DNA from: a virus
Lineage: Duplodnaviria; Caudoviricetes
Virus record (IMG/VR): IMGVR_UViG_3300027782_000046
Location: 32,001 to 96,000 of that record
Length of the DNA: 64,000 nucleotides
Direction: 5' to 3' (one strand)
A program made the position numbers and the translations under genes. Under the pieces are notes generated by a model that made no database searches, had not been told where the DNA came from, and saw nothing but the letters and a program-made list of their open reading frames with translations. Positions 1 through 9,332 of the stretch are shown piece by piece (positions within the stretch are counted from its first letter, which is position 1; each line of letters opens with the position of its first letter).

Positions 1-1
1 G

Positions 2-928
2 CACCATGCTAAGTATGTTAAACCATATCTTCCAGGTAACGAAAAGCATGCAGAAGGTACCCACACTTTAGAAACAAGCGCTGGCCATATTTCAAGTGGA
101 AGTCAAGTAACTGTTCATGGACATTCAATAATTGGCGGCAAACATCATGTAACTATTTCAAAACCAAATGATTCTGGCAATAAAGTAACTGTTCTTACAT
201 CCAAATTGCAGAAACCTGGCACCAAGGTTGAAAATAAGGGACATGAATACGAAACAAATTTTTTCAATCATTTAAAGAGCCACAGCATTGTACCTAAAAC
301 TGCTACCCCTGCCGGTTCAACAGGCGGTACAGATTTTCCAATAGAAAATAAGAAACAGAAAACTACACACAAAGGTAGAGCAAGTAGTGAAGGTAATATT
401 TTTCACGGCGAAGCTAAAATGGATACCTCTGCAGCATTTGGGCAATTAACTATACATCATGATGCTAAAAAAGGTTGGCATATTCCAGAAAAATCAAGAG
501 CACTTAGACCAAATTATGCAGCACAGATTGAGAAATCAGGTGTTCTTGAGCATCTAAACACTCATCATAATCCTTCTAAAGGTAATGTAGAAACAACCGA
601 AAGCGGAAGAGCTAAAAGCGTTTTCCTACCTCACCCAAATCTAGAACCAGCAAATGCTTACTTAAACGATCACCATGTTCATGTATTACAGGTTGGCGGC
701 GGTTATGGAACATATCATGTTGGCAAAAAAGACGTTACTGGACATGGTTTCCCTGCATTGTCTGGTAAAGGTAAATGGACCGTGAGAGAAAAACAAAAGG
801 GAAATAAAAGTGCGAGAACAGTTATGTTTCAACCGGCAGGTAAAAAAGGACTTAATCCTAGTCATATTAATTTAGAAAAAAACGAGCACGCACAAGCATT
901 TAAGAAAACACTTGGACATACAGATTAA
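2..928 (+). CDS. His-rich PD-(D/E)xK-like protein, 5'-truncated by window edge
   Basis: Frame is open from position 2 through the listed TTG at 206. The GHEYE...GTDF...HGEAK pattern fits the E/D/ExK spacing of PD-(D/E)xK nucleases. Confidence 0.5.
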   Translation, partial: HHAKYVKPYLPGNEKHAEGTHTLETSAGHISSGSQVTVHGHSIIGGKHHVTISKPNDSGNKVTVLTSKLQKPGTKVENKGHEYETNFFNHLKSHSIVPKTATPAGSTGGTDFPIENKKQKTTHKGRASSEGNIFHGEAKMDTSAAFGQLTIHHDAKKGWHIPEKSRALRPNYAAQIEKSGVLEHLNTHHNPSKGNVETTESGRAKSVFLPHPNLEPANAYLNDHHVHVLQVGGGYGTYHVGKKDVTGHGFPALSGKGKWTVREKQKGNKSARTVMFQPAGKKGLNPSHINLEKNEHAQAFKKTLGHTD

Positions 929-2124
929 TGATTACTTTTTCATCATTCCTAAATGAATCTGCGAATGAGGAAAAACTAACTCATTTAGAACACGCAGAAG
1001 ACCATCCTATTAATGCAGGTGAAGAAGGGTTTAAACACTCATTCAACACTATGCATGAAACGCACAGAGCGCTACAAGGTAAGAAATCATCGGTATCTTT
1101 GTCAACAAAGTATGATGGTTCTCCTTCAGTTGTATTTGGTCATCATCCTGAATCAGGTAGATTCTTTGTTGCATCTAAATCTGTATTCAATAAAGATCCA
1201 AAGTTAAATTATACAACATCTGATATACAAAAGAATCATGGACACGCTCCTGGTCTTGTGCATAAGTTAACCGCAGCTTTACACCATTTGCCAAAAGTTA
1301 CTCCTAATCGAGGAGTGTTTCAGGGCGACATAATGCACTCAGGTGTTAAGAGTAGATCAAATCCTCACGGAGATGTTGAATCTTCTGCAGGATCGGTTCA
1401 CTTTAAACCTAACACCATAACTTATTCTGCAAAGAATAATACTCCAGAAGCCGCAAAGGCAAAAGAAGCTAAAATAGGTGTTGCTGTTCATACTGCATAT
1501 CATGGGAATAAATTAGAAGATATGAAGGCACATTATAACGCCGACGTAACACATTTTAATAAACATCCCGATGTTCATATGATTGACACATCGTTTAAAT
1601 CATCTGCGGCACATTACACTCCTGAAGCGCAAAAGTCGTTTGAAGGGCATATGAAAAAGGCAGTTGAAGCAAATAATAAGTTAAAGAGCTATGGGCATCT
1701 TGAAGGTCAACATGAATCACATAAAGAGCATTTAAAGACTTATATTAATTCTACAGTTAGAGAAGGTAGTGCACCTTCAGTTGCAGGATATAGAGCCCAC
1801 TTAAAAGGTAGATTGCAGAAAGAAGTTGATAAGGTTAAGACACCGAAAGCAAAAGAAGCAAAGACTGCAACTTTAAACGCAGCAATGGCACACATAGATA
1901 AGCATGAGCCTGCATTTAAATCTACATTAGAAGTTCATAAGCATTTACAAAACGCAAAGAATGTTTTGGTACATACACTTGCAGGATCCCATTACGATTA
2001 CCATCATTCTATTAACGGCAAAGCAACTAAACCAGAAGGCCATGTTGCAGTAATAAACAATCGTCCTACAAAATTAGTAGATAGAGCAGACTTTAGCAGA
2101 GAAAACTTTTCGAGACAATCGTGA
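928..2124 (+). CDS. DUF6267-like T4-type protein with ligase-superfamily motifs; probable head internal protein
   Basis: THLEHAED, TKYDGSP, FQGDIM, FKPNTITY, PEGHV and KLVDR motifs; N-terminus MITFSSFLNE resembles the T4 capsid-targeting sequence. Confidence 0.7.
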   Translation: MITFSSFLNESANEEKLTHLEHAEDHPINAGEEGFKHSFNTMHETHRALQGKKSSVSLSTKYDGSPSVVFGHHPESGRFFVASKSVFNKDPKLNYTTSDIQKNHGHAPGLVHKLTAALHHLPKVTPNRGVFQGDIMHSGVKSRSNPHGDVESSAGSVHFKPNTITYSAKNNTPEAAKAKEAKIGVAVHTAYHGNKLEDMKAHYNADVTHFNKHPDVHMIDTSFKSSAAHYTPEAQKSFEGHMKKAVEANNKLKSYGHLEGQHESHKEHLKTYINSTVREGSAPSVAGYRAHLKGRLQKEVDKVKTPKAKEAKTATLNAAMAHIDKHEPAFKSTLEVHKHLQNAKNVLVHTLAGSHYDYHHSINGKATKPEGHVAVINNRPTKLVDRADFSRENFSRQS

Positions 2125-2555
2125 AAAAATTCAAAGAATTTATAGAAGAAGAAGTTTGGGATGAACCAAATCCTAAAAAGTCACACGGACATATGACACC
2201 TGCACAAAAAGCAAATGCTAAAGCAAGAGCAAAAGCTGCTGGTAGACCATATCCTAATTTAGTAGACAATATGGCTGCGATGAAAGAGGACTGGCAAGAT
2301 TCAAAGCATAAGAATCCGGAAGGCGGCTTAACTAAATCGGGAGTAATGGCTTACAGAAGAGAACATCCTGGTAGCCATCTGCAAACAGCAGTTACAACAC
2401 CTCCGTCTAAATTAAAGCCCGGAAGTAAAGCAGCAAATAGACGCAAATCTTTTTGTGCTCGTATGGGTGGAATGAAGGATAAGTTGACGTCTTCTAAAAC
2501 AGCCAATGATCCAAAGTCAAGAATCAATCTTGCTTTGAAGAAGTGGAATTGTTAA
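2121..2555 (+). CDS. DUF6321-like basic protein; probable head internal protein
   Basis: KNPEGGLT...RRKSFCARM...DPKSRINLALKKWNC; N-terminus MKKFKEFIEE (GTG start overlapping the upstream stop). Confidence 0.7.
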   Translation: MKKFKEFIEEEVWDEPNPKKSHGHMTPAQKANAKARAKAAGRPYPNLVDNMAAMKEDWQDSKHKNPEGGLTKSGVMAYRREHPGSHLQTAVTTPPSKLKPGSKAANRRKSFCARMGGMKDKLTSSKTANDPKSRINLALKKWNC

Positions 2556-2582
2556 GACTCTTATTACCCAGGCTCATAGGGA

Positions 2583-2611
2583 ATAATAACATCATGTCAA
2601 TAGTTTGTCAA
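2583..2611 (-). promoter_or_regulatory. Antisense sigma70-type promoter
   Basis: Minus strand reads TTGACA (2611-2606), 17 nt, TATTAT (2588-2583), with a TGn extended -10. Confidence 0.55.
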
Positions 2612-3507
2612 TGAAGAATATAAAAGAAAAGGAACTTTTGGTTAACTTTGCTCGATCAATGGGACAGGCTGTAGATCCTGAATTGGTTAAGGAAGTTGAT
2701 CGAATTAAAAGCATAAAAGCTAGTGTCCGTAAATCTGCGACTGAAAACATCTTTAAAGATTTAAGTGAGGCATTCAAGCAAGCTAAATTGGTTCCTGCTT
2801 ATGAACCAGATGACGGTCCTTTATTGAACGAACAACTTGAACAAATTAAAGAAACAGTGGCAATAGAATATCCTAAACCTCCGAGTTTGGATGATCTAAT
2901 GTTACTATTAAATGAAAAGACGGAGGTAGTAAATGAGTTGGTTCAGCCACAAGCCCCAGAAATACCCGTCGCAGCAACCCCCTCCGCCGCCCCCGAAGAG
3001 ATCGCCGAGGAAGAAAGCAAAACCAAAGAACCCTTAGTCGTAGAAAAGACTCTTGCTGATAGAACATCGGATTTTATTAGTAAATCTAAAGATAGCTATC
3101 AGCAACCCGATCCATTAATTGTTGCATCTGATATGGATGCAGTTACTAAGAAGTTAAGATTCTTAGAACAGTGGATCAGTAAAATATCAATGGCAGGCCC
3201 TGGAGGCGGAGCAGGCGATTCTGTTTCATTAACTAATTATACAACAATTGTAACAGATTCTACCTATGCAGTAAAAAGAAAAGATTACTACATAGGTGTA
3301 AACTATGCAGGCGCAGTAACAATTACATTGCCAACATTTGATGTGGTGCCTGGTAGAAAACTAATCATTAAAGATGAATCTGGGCATTGCTCTACAAATG
3401 CAATAACAGTAGCCGGGACAGTTGATAATGATGCTGGTGGTTTTGTATTACAAATAGACAACGGTGCAATACAAATGATTTATAGAAATGGTTGGAGAAT
3501 AATATGA
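2611..3507 (+). CDS. Virion structural protein with C-terminal tail-fibre-like beta domain
   Basis: Acidic/Pro-rich linker then YYIGVNYAGAVTITLP...IIKDESG...GWRII; ATG 2611 preferred over TTG 2605. Confidence 0.5.
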   Translation: MKNIKEKELLVNFARSMGQAVDPELVKEVDRIKSIKASVRKSATENIFKDLSEAFKQAKLVPAYEPDDGPLLNEQLEQIKETVAIEYPKPPSLDDLMLLLNEKTEVVNELVQPQAPEIPVAATPSAAPEEIAEEESKTKEPLVVEKTLADRTSDFISKSKDSYQQPDPLIVASDMDAVTKKLRFLEQWISKISMAGPGGGAGDSVSLTNYTTIVTDSTYAVKRKDYYIGVNYAGAVTITLPTFDVVPGRKLIIKDESGHCSTNAITVAGTVDNDAGGFVLQIDNGAIQMIYRNGWRII

Positions 3508-4394
3508 CATATCTTTTTAATAGTAATACCTCCGCAACCATTTCTAATGAGATTGAGATTAAAAATGACGTTGGCAATCCGGTACCTGTTATCGCTACAA
3601 TAACCAACGGAAACGCTGCAGTATCTTTATATAATCCTTTACCAGTTACTCTTGGTAGCGGAAACATACAGATATTTGGCAATACTAATATCATTGATAC
3701 TGTTACCGTTTCATCTACGCCAAATAATCCAGTCCATGTCCACCTAACGGAAATGGGTACTGCGAATTTAATGACGATAGATTATATGCCCATTAGGGGC
3801 AATGTTTATTTAAATAATAATTCCTCCGTAGTATCTGTATCAAATCCTTTACCAGTTTCCGCCACCATATCTAATATAATTACTGTTATTGCTGAGGAAT
3901 CTAAAGGCAATTTATTTGCAATTAATAACCATGCAATTAATACAAACCGTGGCTGGACTATGGATGATACCATGCGACCAGTTATAAGTTTTAGAGTTTC
4001 TAACACTAGATCAATTTCTGAAATAACTGAAATAATGGAATATGAACTTGGTAACAATAATGCAAATCAAAGCACTCTTATATATGAGTGGTATGAAGGT
4101 GAGCTTAATATTTCCGGTGCTGCTATCCCAGCCTGGACTTCTGTAGGTAATCAAACACAATATCGAATTTATCAAGATAAATATAGTACCAATCAAGGAA
4201 ATACTTTTACACCAAACAGCTCAATTTTGAGACATTCGGGAATTGTTATTGGAAAAAATACATCGGGGGATGAAGGTCCCGCAACAATGTACGGAGGCAC
4301 AACTCCTAATATGTTAACTCTTTGTTTGAGAAGAGTAGATAATTCTACTAAACTTGATGTTTGGTTTGCATTTACTTTTAAAGAATTGATATAA
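3504..4394 (+). CDS. Putative virion structural protein
   Basis: ATGA overlap with the upstream stop; repeated NP(L/V)PV motifs (IKNDVGNPVPV). Confidence 0.5.
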   Translation: MTYLFNSNTSATISNEIEIKNDVGNPVPVIATITNGNAAVSLYNPLPVTLGSGNIQIFGNTNIIDTVTVSSTPNNPVHVHLTEMGTANLMTIDYMPIRGNVYLNNNSSVVSVSNPLPVSATISNIITVIAEESKGNLFAINNHAINTNRGWTMDDTMRPVISFRVSNTRSISEITEIMEYELGNNNANQSTLIYEWYEGELNISGAAIPAWTSVGNQTQYRIYQDKYSTNQGNTFTPNSSILRHSGIVIGKNTSGDEGPATMYGGTTPNMLTLCLRRVDNSTKLDVWFAFTFKELI

Positions 4395-4410
4395 CCAAAC
4401 ATTCTTATCT

Positions 4411-4418
4411 TATAAATA
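4411..4418 (+). promoter_or_regulatory. T4-type late promoter
   Basis: Exact TATAAATA in the intergenic gap upstream of ATG 4450. Confidence 0.8.
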
Positions 4419-4449
4419 AACAGTATCAACTATATTCTAATGGAAAACA

Positions 4450-6354
4450 ATGGACTTTAAAGAATTCATCACAGAAGCGCCAGAAAGAACGGCTGCTTTC
4501 GCCTTTGGGAGGTTCAATCCTCCCACAGTAGGCCACGAAAAACTAATTACTAAAGTTAAAGATACCGCTAAAGAACATGGCGCAACTGCGCACATCGTCA
4601 CATCGCATTCTGAAGGTACGGCAAAAGATCCTGTACCGCAAAAAGCCAAAATAGGGTATCTTAAGAAAGTAGCGGGCAAAGGCCCTAAAGTTTCTGGTTC
4701 GTCTAAAGAGGCTCCTAGTGTATTAGACGCAGCAACAAATCTACATAAACAAGGTTATAACCATTTGGTTATGGTAGCTGGGTCTGACCGTGTAGATGAG
4801 TATCATAAACTATTACACAAATATAACAATGTCCCAAGCAAACATGGGCATTATAATTTCAAATCAATTAAAGTAGTTTCTGCAGGACAAAGAGATCCTG
4901 ATGCAGAAGGTGTAGAAGGTATGTCTGGCACAAAGATGCGAGCACATGCTAGAGCAGGAGAAATGGATAAGTTTAAATCTGGTTTACCTGCAGCATTACA
5001 TCCTCATGCTGAAGAAATTGCAAACCATATCAGATCAGTAAAAGAGGATTTTGAGAATCCATACCGTCACGATTGGGGTACTCCTGAGGGAACCCTGTAT
5101 ATGCAGAAAATGACTCCGGGCGAGAATACAAAAATGTGTCCATCCGGTTCTGTTTGGAGTTCAACTAAATCTAAGTGTGTTCCAATTAGAGAAGCATATC
5201 ATGCATCTGAAATATTTAATATTGGTACAGTTGTAGAATCTAAGACTGGTGATCTGGGAGAAATTGTTTATCGCGGTTCTTCTTATGTTACATTAGTATT
5301 AGAATCAGGCAATACTAAGAAGTATTGGATTAATGATATCCGAGAAAGCAACAAAGAATTAAAGATTAAAGAATTTGTTAGAAAATATGATGTTGTAGAG
5401 ACTAAAGATTTAAGAAGAATTCCTGCTTTATTAATGTCTAAAGAACAATTAGTTGAGAGAAATAATCAATCTATGGAAGTTGAGTATAATGGATATCATA
5501 CTAAAAACCTTCATATGTGCGAAGGTGCATCTAAACAATTAAAAGATTTAATTGCAACATCTACGGCGAATTCAAAATACATATTACAAGCAATTCAAGC
5601 AACCGATAGTTATCTTGGTATAGAAAAAGATGCAACTAAAGCAGGTTTTGCCGACGATAAGATGGTTCATGATTTTAATATGTACATGGCCATAGCGCAT
5701 GACACATTAAATATGCTTGGATATGGCGACGAAAAATTAACCTATATGAAGAAACACGTAGAAGAAATTGGAAAATTAAGTCTACACAAGGATGGTACTA
5801 TGGCAAATGAAACCGGATCGACTGTTCCAGTATTTGGACAAGGGGATGTTGTGGAAGGTGTAAATGCCGCAAACTTTAGAATGGTTTCTAGAGCAGGCCC
5901 TGATGGTAAAGAAAAATGGGTTAAACAAAGAAATACCCCAATTATTAGAGACAAAAAGGTAGACCAAATGAACGATACAGATAAAGACGGAATTCCTAAC
6001 GATTCAGAAGAACAATTACCGTCTACAAAAAGAGCACTTTCTTCACTAAGAAGATCGTTAGGAGTTCCGGTTAAAGAAACATATGTCCCGGATCCTCCAA
6101 CAGCAACAAGAGATATTAATGCTTCTCCTAATAAAGAAGTTTATCACGGTATAGATATGCCAATTGCGGATCAAGGATATCCAGATAAACCTTTGGGATT
6201 AGCTTCATTTAAATCTTACCTGTCTACTCCGCAAACAAAGAAAATTGAAGCAGACAAGAGCAAGGAAATGCAAGCAGTTCATAGAGACAAGGCAGAACTT
6301 GGCACATCTAGTACTTCATATAAGCAAATGATTAAAGCACATGCACAGGAATAA
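4450..6354 (+). CDS. HIGH-superfamily (cytidylyltransferase-like) nucleotidyltransferase with long C-terminal extension
   Basis: FGRFNPPTVGHEKL, MVAGSDRV, SAGQRDPDAEGVEGMSGTKMR; capsid-targeting-like N-terminus MDFKEFITE. Confidence 0.8.
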   Translation: MDFKEFITEAPERTAAFAFGRFNPPTVGHEKLITKVKDTAKEHGATAHIVTSHSEGTAKDPVPQKAKIGYLKKVAGKGPKVSGSSKEAPSVLDAATNLHKQGYNHLVMVAGSDRVDEYHKLLHKYNNVPSKHGHYNFKSIKVVSAGQRDPDAEGVEGMSGTKMRAHARAGEMDKFKSGLPAALHPHAEEIANHIRSVKEDFENPYRHDWGTPEGTLYMQKMTPGENTKMCPSGSVWSSTKSKCVPIREAYHASEIFNIGTVVESKTGDLGEIVYRGSSYVTLVLESGNTKKYWINDIRESNKELKIKEFVRKYDVVETKDLRRIPALLMSKEQLVERNNQSMEVEYNGYHTKNLHMCEGASKQLKDLIATSTANSKYILQAIQATDSYLGIEKDATKAGFADDKMVHDFNMYMAIAHDTLNMLGYGDEKLTYMKKHVEEIGKLSLHKDGTMANETGSTVPVFGQGDVVEGVNAANFRMVSRAGPDGKEKWVKQRNTPIIRDKKVDQMNDTDKDGIPNDSEEQLPSTKRALSSLRRSLGVPVKETYVPDPPTATRDINASPNKEVYHGIDMPIADQGYPDKPLGLASFKSYLSTPQTKKIEADKSKEMQAVHRDKAELGTSSTSYKQMIKAHAQE

Positions 6355-6359
6355 TTAAA

Positions 6360-6797
6360 ATGAATGAAGAACTAGTCCAAGCACTTAACAAGGTATTAGG
6401 CAATACCTTTGTACTATATTATAAAACACATAGCTATCATTGGAATATTACCGGTGCAGATTTCTATGAATATCATACATTCCTGCAAAACATATACGAA
6501 GAAGTATATCAAGCAATAGATACTACTGCAGAACATATTCGAGCATTAGATGCGTTTGCTCCAACATCATTAATGAAATTGAAGAATTTTGCATCTGTTC
6601 CTGAAGATGATACTGTTGTTCCTCCGATGCAAATGATCGCAAATTTGGTAACTGCTAATGATATTGTTATCTTATCATTGATGCAAGGTTACAAGATTGC
6701 AGAGGCCGCCGGAGAAATTGGGGTATCTAATTTCCTACAAGACAGAGTTATTGCTCATCAGAAACACGCTTGGATGCTTAAATCTACATTAAAATGA
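6360..6797 (+). CDS. dps: Dps family ferritin-like protein
   Basis: YKTHSYHWNITG-x-DF-x-EYH, D-xx-AEHIRAL, H-x-KHAWML. Confidence 0.9.
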   Translation: MNEELVQALNKVLGNTFVLYYKTHSYHWNITGADFYEYHTFLQNIYEEVYQAIDTTAEHIRALDAFAPTSLMKLKNFASVPEDDTVVPPMQMIANLVTANDIVILSLMQGYKIAEAAGEIGVSNFLQDRVIAHQKHAWMLKSTLK

Positions 6798-7249
6798 TTT
6801 CTTTTATCGAATTTATAGACGAAGAACTTTCCGAAAGGGAAATGGACGAAATAGCTGACCATTTAACATGGGAAGATATTGCGGATCTATATTCGCCAGA
6901 TGAATTCATAATAGAAGAATTGGAAGAGTCGTTAACTGCTTCTTCTAGATTGAGAAAAGGTCAGAAATTTAAATCTAGAAAAACATCTATTGGGCAAGCT
7001 CGAAAGATGAAATTGAAAAGAGCTTCTTCATTGGAGACATTGAAAAGAAGAGCAAATGCGGCGGCCCATAGAGCTTTACAGAAAAGAATATTGAAGAGTA
7101 GAAATAAAAACCAATTATCTGCTCAACAAAAAGATGCATTGGAAAAACAAGTCAAGACAATGATGGCATCACAAGGAAATTTAGCTCAGAAATTATTACC
7201 AAAAATAAGAGCTTTAGAACGATCTAGATTAGCTGTTAAGAAAAAGTAA
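6794..7249 (+). CDS. Basic putative head internal protein
   Basis: MISFIEFIDEE N-terminus, acidic pro-region with LEE/IEE sites, very Lys/Arg-rich C-terminal half. Confidence 0.55.
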   Translation: MISFIEFIDEELSEREMDEIADHLTWEDIADLYSPDEFIIEELEESLTASSRLRKGQKFKSRKTSIGQARKMKLKRASSLETLKRRANAAAHRALQKRILKSRNKNQLSAQQKDALEKQVKTMMASQGNLAQKLLPKIRALERSRLAVKKK

Positions 7250-7261
7250 CAGATTAATTTT

Positions 7262-7269
7262 AATAAATA
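7262..7269 (+). promoter_or_regulatory. Late promoter variant
   Basis: AATAAATA upstream of SD AAGGA and ATG 7300. Confidence 0.55.
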
Positions 7270-7299
7270 ATAAAAGAACAATTAATAAAGGAATCCAAA

Positions 7300-8694
7300 A
7301 TGCAAAGAATCTCAAACGATTTATTTGAAGCAATCAGAGCTGTCACACACCCTGTTTTAACTGAAGCAAAACTTGACCCAGTTGGTAAAGAAGATGCAGA
7401 TGTTGACAACGATGGTAAAGTAGGTAAGTCGGACGACTATTTAAAGAATCGTCGCAAGGCAATTTCCGCTTCTATTAAAAAAGAAGATTATGAGTTGGAT
7501 GAAGCCAATACGGAATCTAAAAAAGAATTTGTAGCTCGTCAGGCAAGACTGGCTGCCGCAGGTGCTGAAACTGCAAAAGATCCAGAAAGATTAAAAAGAA
7601 TGATGAAAATTCCTGGATACGCTGCTGCAATGGGGCATGCTGGCAAAGTAACAATGAAACATGTCGATGCTAGTAATGCTTCTCCTCAAGTAAAAGCTGC
7701 TATTAAAAAGGCTGCGCCAGATATTAAAACATATGGTGACCGCGCTGCTGCTTTGAATGCCGCTGGTATTAGAAGAGAAGAAGTTGAAGAATTAGATGAA
7801 GGTAAAATGGATCATATGTCATTATCCAGTTTATGGCATCAGCATGCTAGACATAATTATTCATCGGATCAAGGCTATGGGCATGGTGAAGGTAGCATGA
7901 AGAATGGTGCTCATGCCGCCACAGCAATTGAAAATCATGTTCGTAAGCATTATGGAAATAAAGTTGCTGATGATATGGTATCACATTCAGATATGGCAAC
8001 TGCTGATGCTGAATATGCCGGTCCAGCAGAATCCAAGAAAATTCAGAAAGAAGCTGGTCAATTAAGAACAAAGCATAAGATTGAAGGTAGCCTTCACGGC
8101 CACCATGTAATGCCTGTTGCCGAAAATACTCTTTCAGCAAAAGCTGGTCGTATGGGTGCAGACTTAGGTAAGCCAGGGAAAAGTTTCTCAAAGATCTCTA
8201 AATCAGCGGCAAAGAGATATGGTAGCCAGGCAGCTGGAGAACGTGTTGCTGGTTCTATCTTAGCAAAAATGAGAAAAGAAGAAGCTGAATTAGAAGAAAG
8301 CGTAGCAGAAACAATTGTTAAGCATAATGACTTTACAATTGAAATTACTGACAATCCTACATTTGGCGATTTCTTAAGAGCGGTTCAATCTATCGTTAGA
8401 ACAGACGAAGAAGCAGCTCAAGCAGAACTTATTTCAATTGCTGAACAAGCATACAAAGAAAATGATGATGAGGTTATCATTGAGTCCTTCACAAGAATGG
8501 AAATTCAAGATAAGATCAATGCACATCGTAAAGCAGGCAATACTGTAAGCGATGATAAATATAGTACAAAAAGCGGACAACCTTATGCTGAATATGTCGT
8601 AACTGATGGTGACGGTGGCCGTAAGAAATACATACACCATGGTTCGGTACGTCGTTTGGAATCACTTCCACCGGCTAAAAAAGCTAAAGAATAA
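7300..8694 (+). CDS. Modular head internal/core-like protein
   Basis: KLDPVGKEDADVDNDG...DYLKNRRKAI motif; segments separated by LTE/LDE/LEE prohead-protease-like sites. Confidence 0.55.
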   Translation: MQRISNDLFEAIRAVTHPVLTEAKLDPVGKEDADVDNDGKVGKSDDYLKNRRKAISASIKKEDYELDEANTESKKEFVARQARLAAAGAETAKDPERLKRMMKIPGYAAAMGHAGKVTMKHVDASNASPQVKAAIKKAAPDIKTYGDRAAALNAAGIRREEVEELDEGKMDHMSLSSLWHQHARHNYSSDQGYGHGEGSMKNGAHAATAIENHVRKHYGNKVADDMVSHSDMATADAEYAGPAESKKIQKEAGQLRTKHKIEGSLHGHHVMPVAENTLSAKAGRMGADLGKPGKSFSKISKSAAKRYGSQAAGERVAGSILAKMRKEEAELEESVAETIVKHNDFTIEITDNPTFGDFLRAVQSIVRTDEEAAQAELISIAEQAYKENDDEVIIESFTRMEIQDKINAHRKAGNTVSDDKYSTKSGQPYAEYVVTDGDGGRKKYIHHGSVRRLESLPPAKKAKE

Positions 8695-8736
8695 TTTGCA
8701 TAATTGCAATTATAACAAATAAACAGGAGACAAAAA

Positions 8737-9282
8737 ATGTCAGCATGGGGAAAATTAGATAGATTACAATTTGATAGCGGTACATCTTTTACTGCTAACT
8801 TAGGTAGCAATACCGTTGTGCTTTCAGCACCATATTTCACAGCAGCAAACGTAGATCCAGGCGATGCGCTAGTTCTTGGTAATGTAAATTACCGAGTAGG
8901 ATACGTAGTTTCTTCAAATACGGTATACTTAAGAATGGGATATGAACGAGCAAATACTGCGGGTAACGTACAAATTGCGGTTCAACAATCTCCAAAATGG
9001 TTAAATACTAAAGGTTGGGGAAATACTGCAGGTCGTTATGCTAATACAGTTAGCAAGCGTACTGTATATGGTTTTGACCGTGTAGAAGCAAATATTGCAG
9101 GCAACAAAGCAAATGGCTTCCTAAGTCCAGGCTGGGTTGAGTACCACACATATACTACAACACAAGGTAGCGTACGTCGCAAGGTTAATACATTGGTTGC
9201 AATGTCTAAAAACTTTAATGCAAATGCTACAGGTACACTACAGACAGATGCTTACGATGATTCTATAATGTCTGAATCCTAA
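8737..9282 (+). CDS. Conserved T4-like virion protein
   Basis: SD CAGGAG; MSAWG start and SPGWV...GSVRRKVNTLVAM motif. Confidence 0.5.
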   Translation: MSAWGKLDRLQFDSGTSFTANLGSNTVVLSAPYFTAANVDPGDALVLGNVNYRVGYVVSSNTVYLRMGYERANTAGNVQIAVQQSPKWLNTKGWGNTAGRYANTVSKRTVYGFDRVEANIAGNKANGFLSPGWVEYHTYTTTQGSVRRKVNTLVAMSKNFNANATGTLQTDAYDDSIMSES

Positions 9283-9332
9283 AACACTTCTTGGTTATGC
9301 GCACATTCAATTAGTAACCTTTTGGTGGTTTA

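Noticed and set aside
8695-9332. Short inverted repeats in the gaps before 8737 and 9333 as terminators
   Set aside because: Stems are only 4-5 bp and AT-rich, without a convincing U-tract
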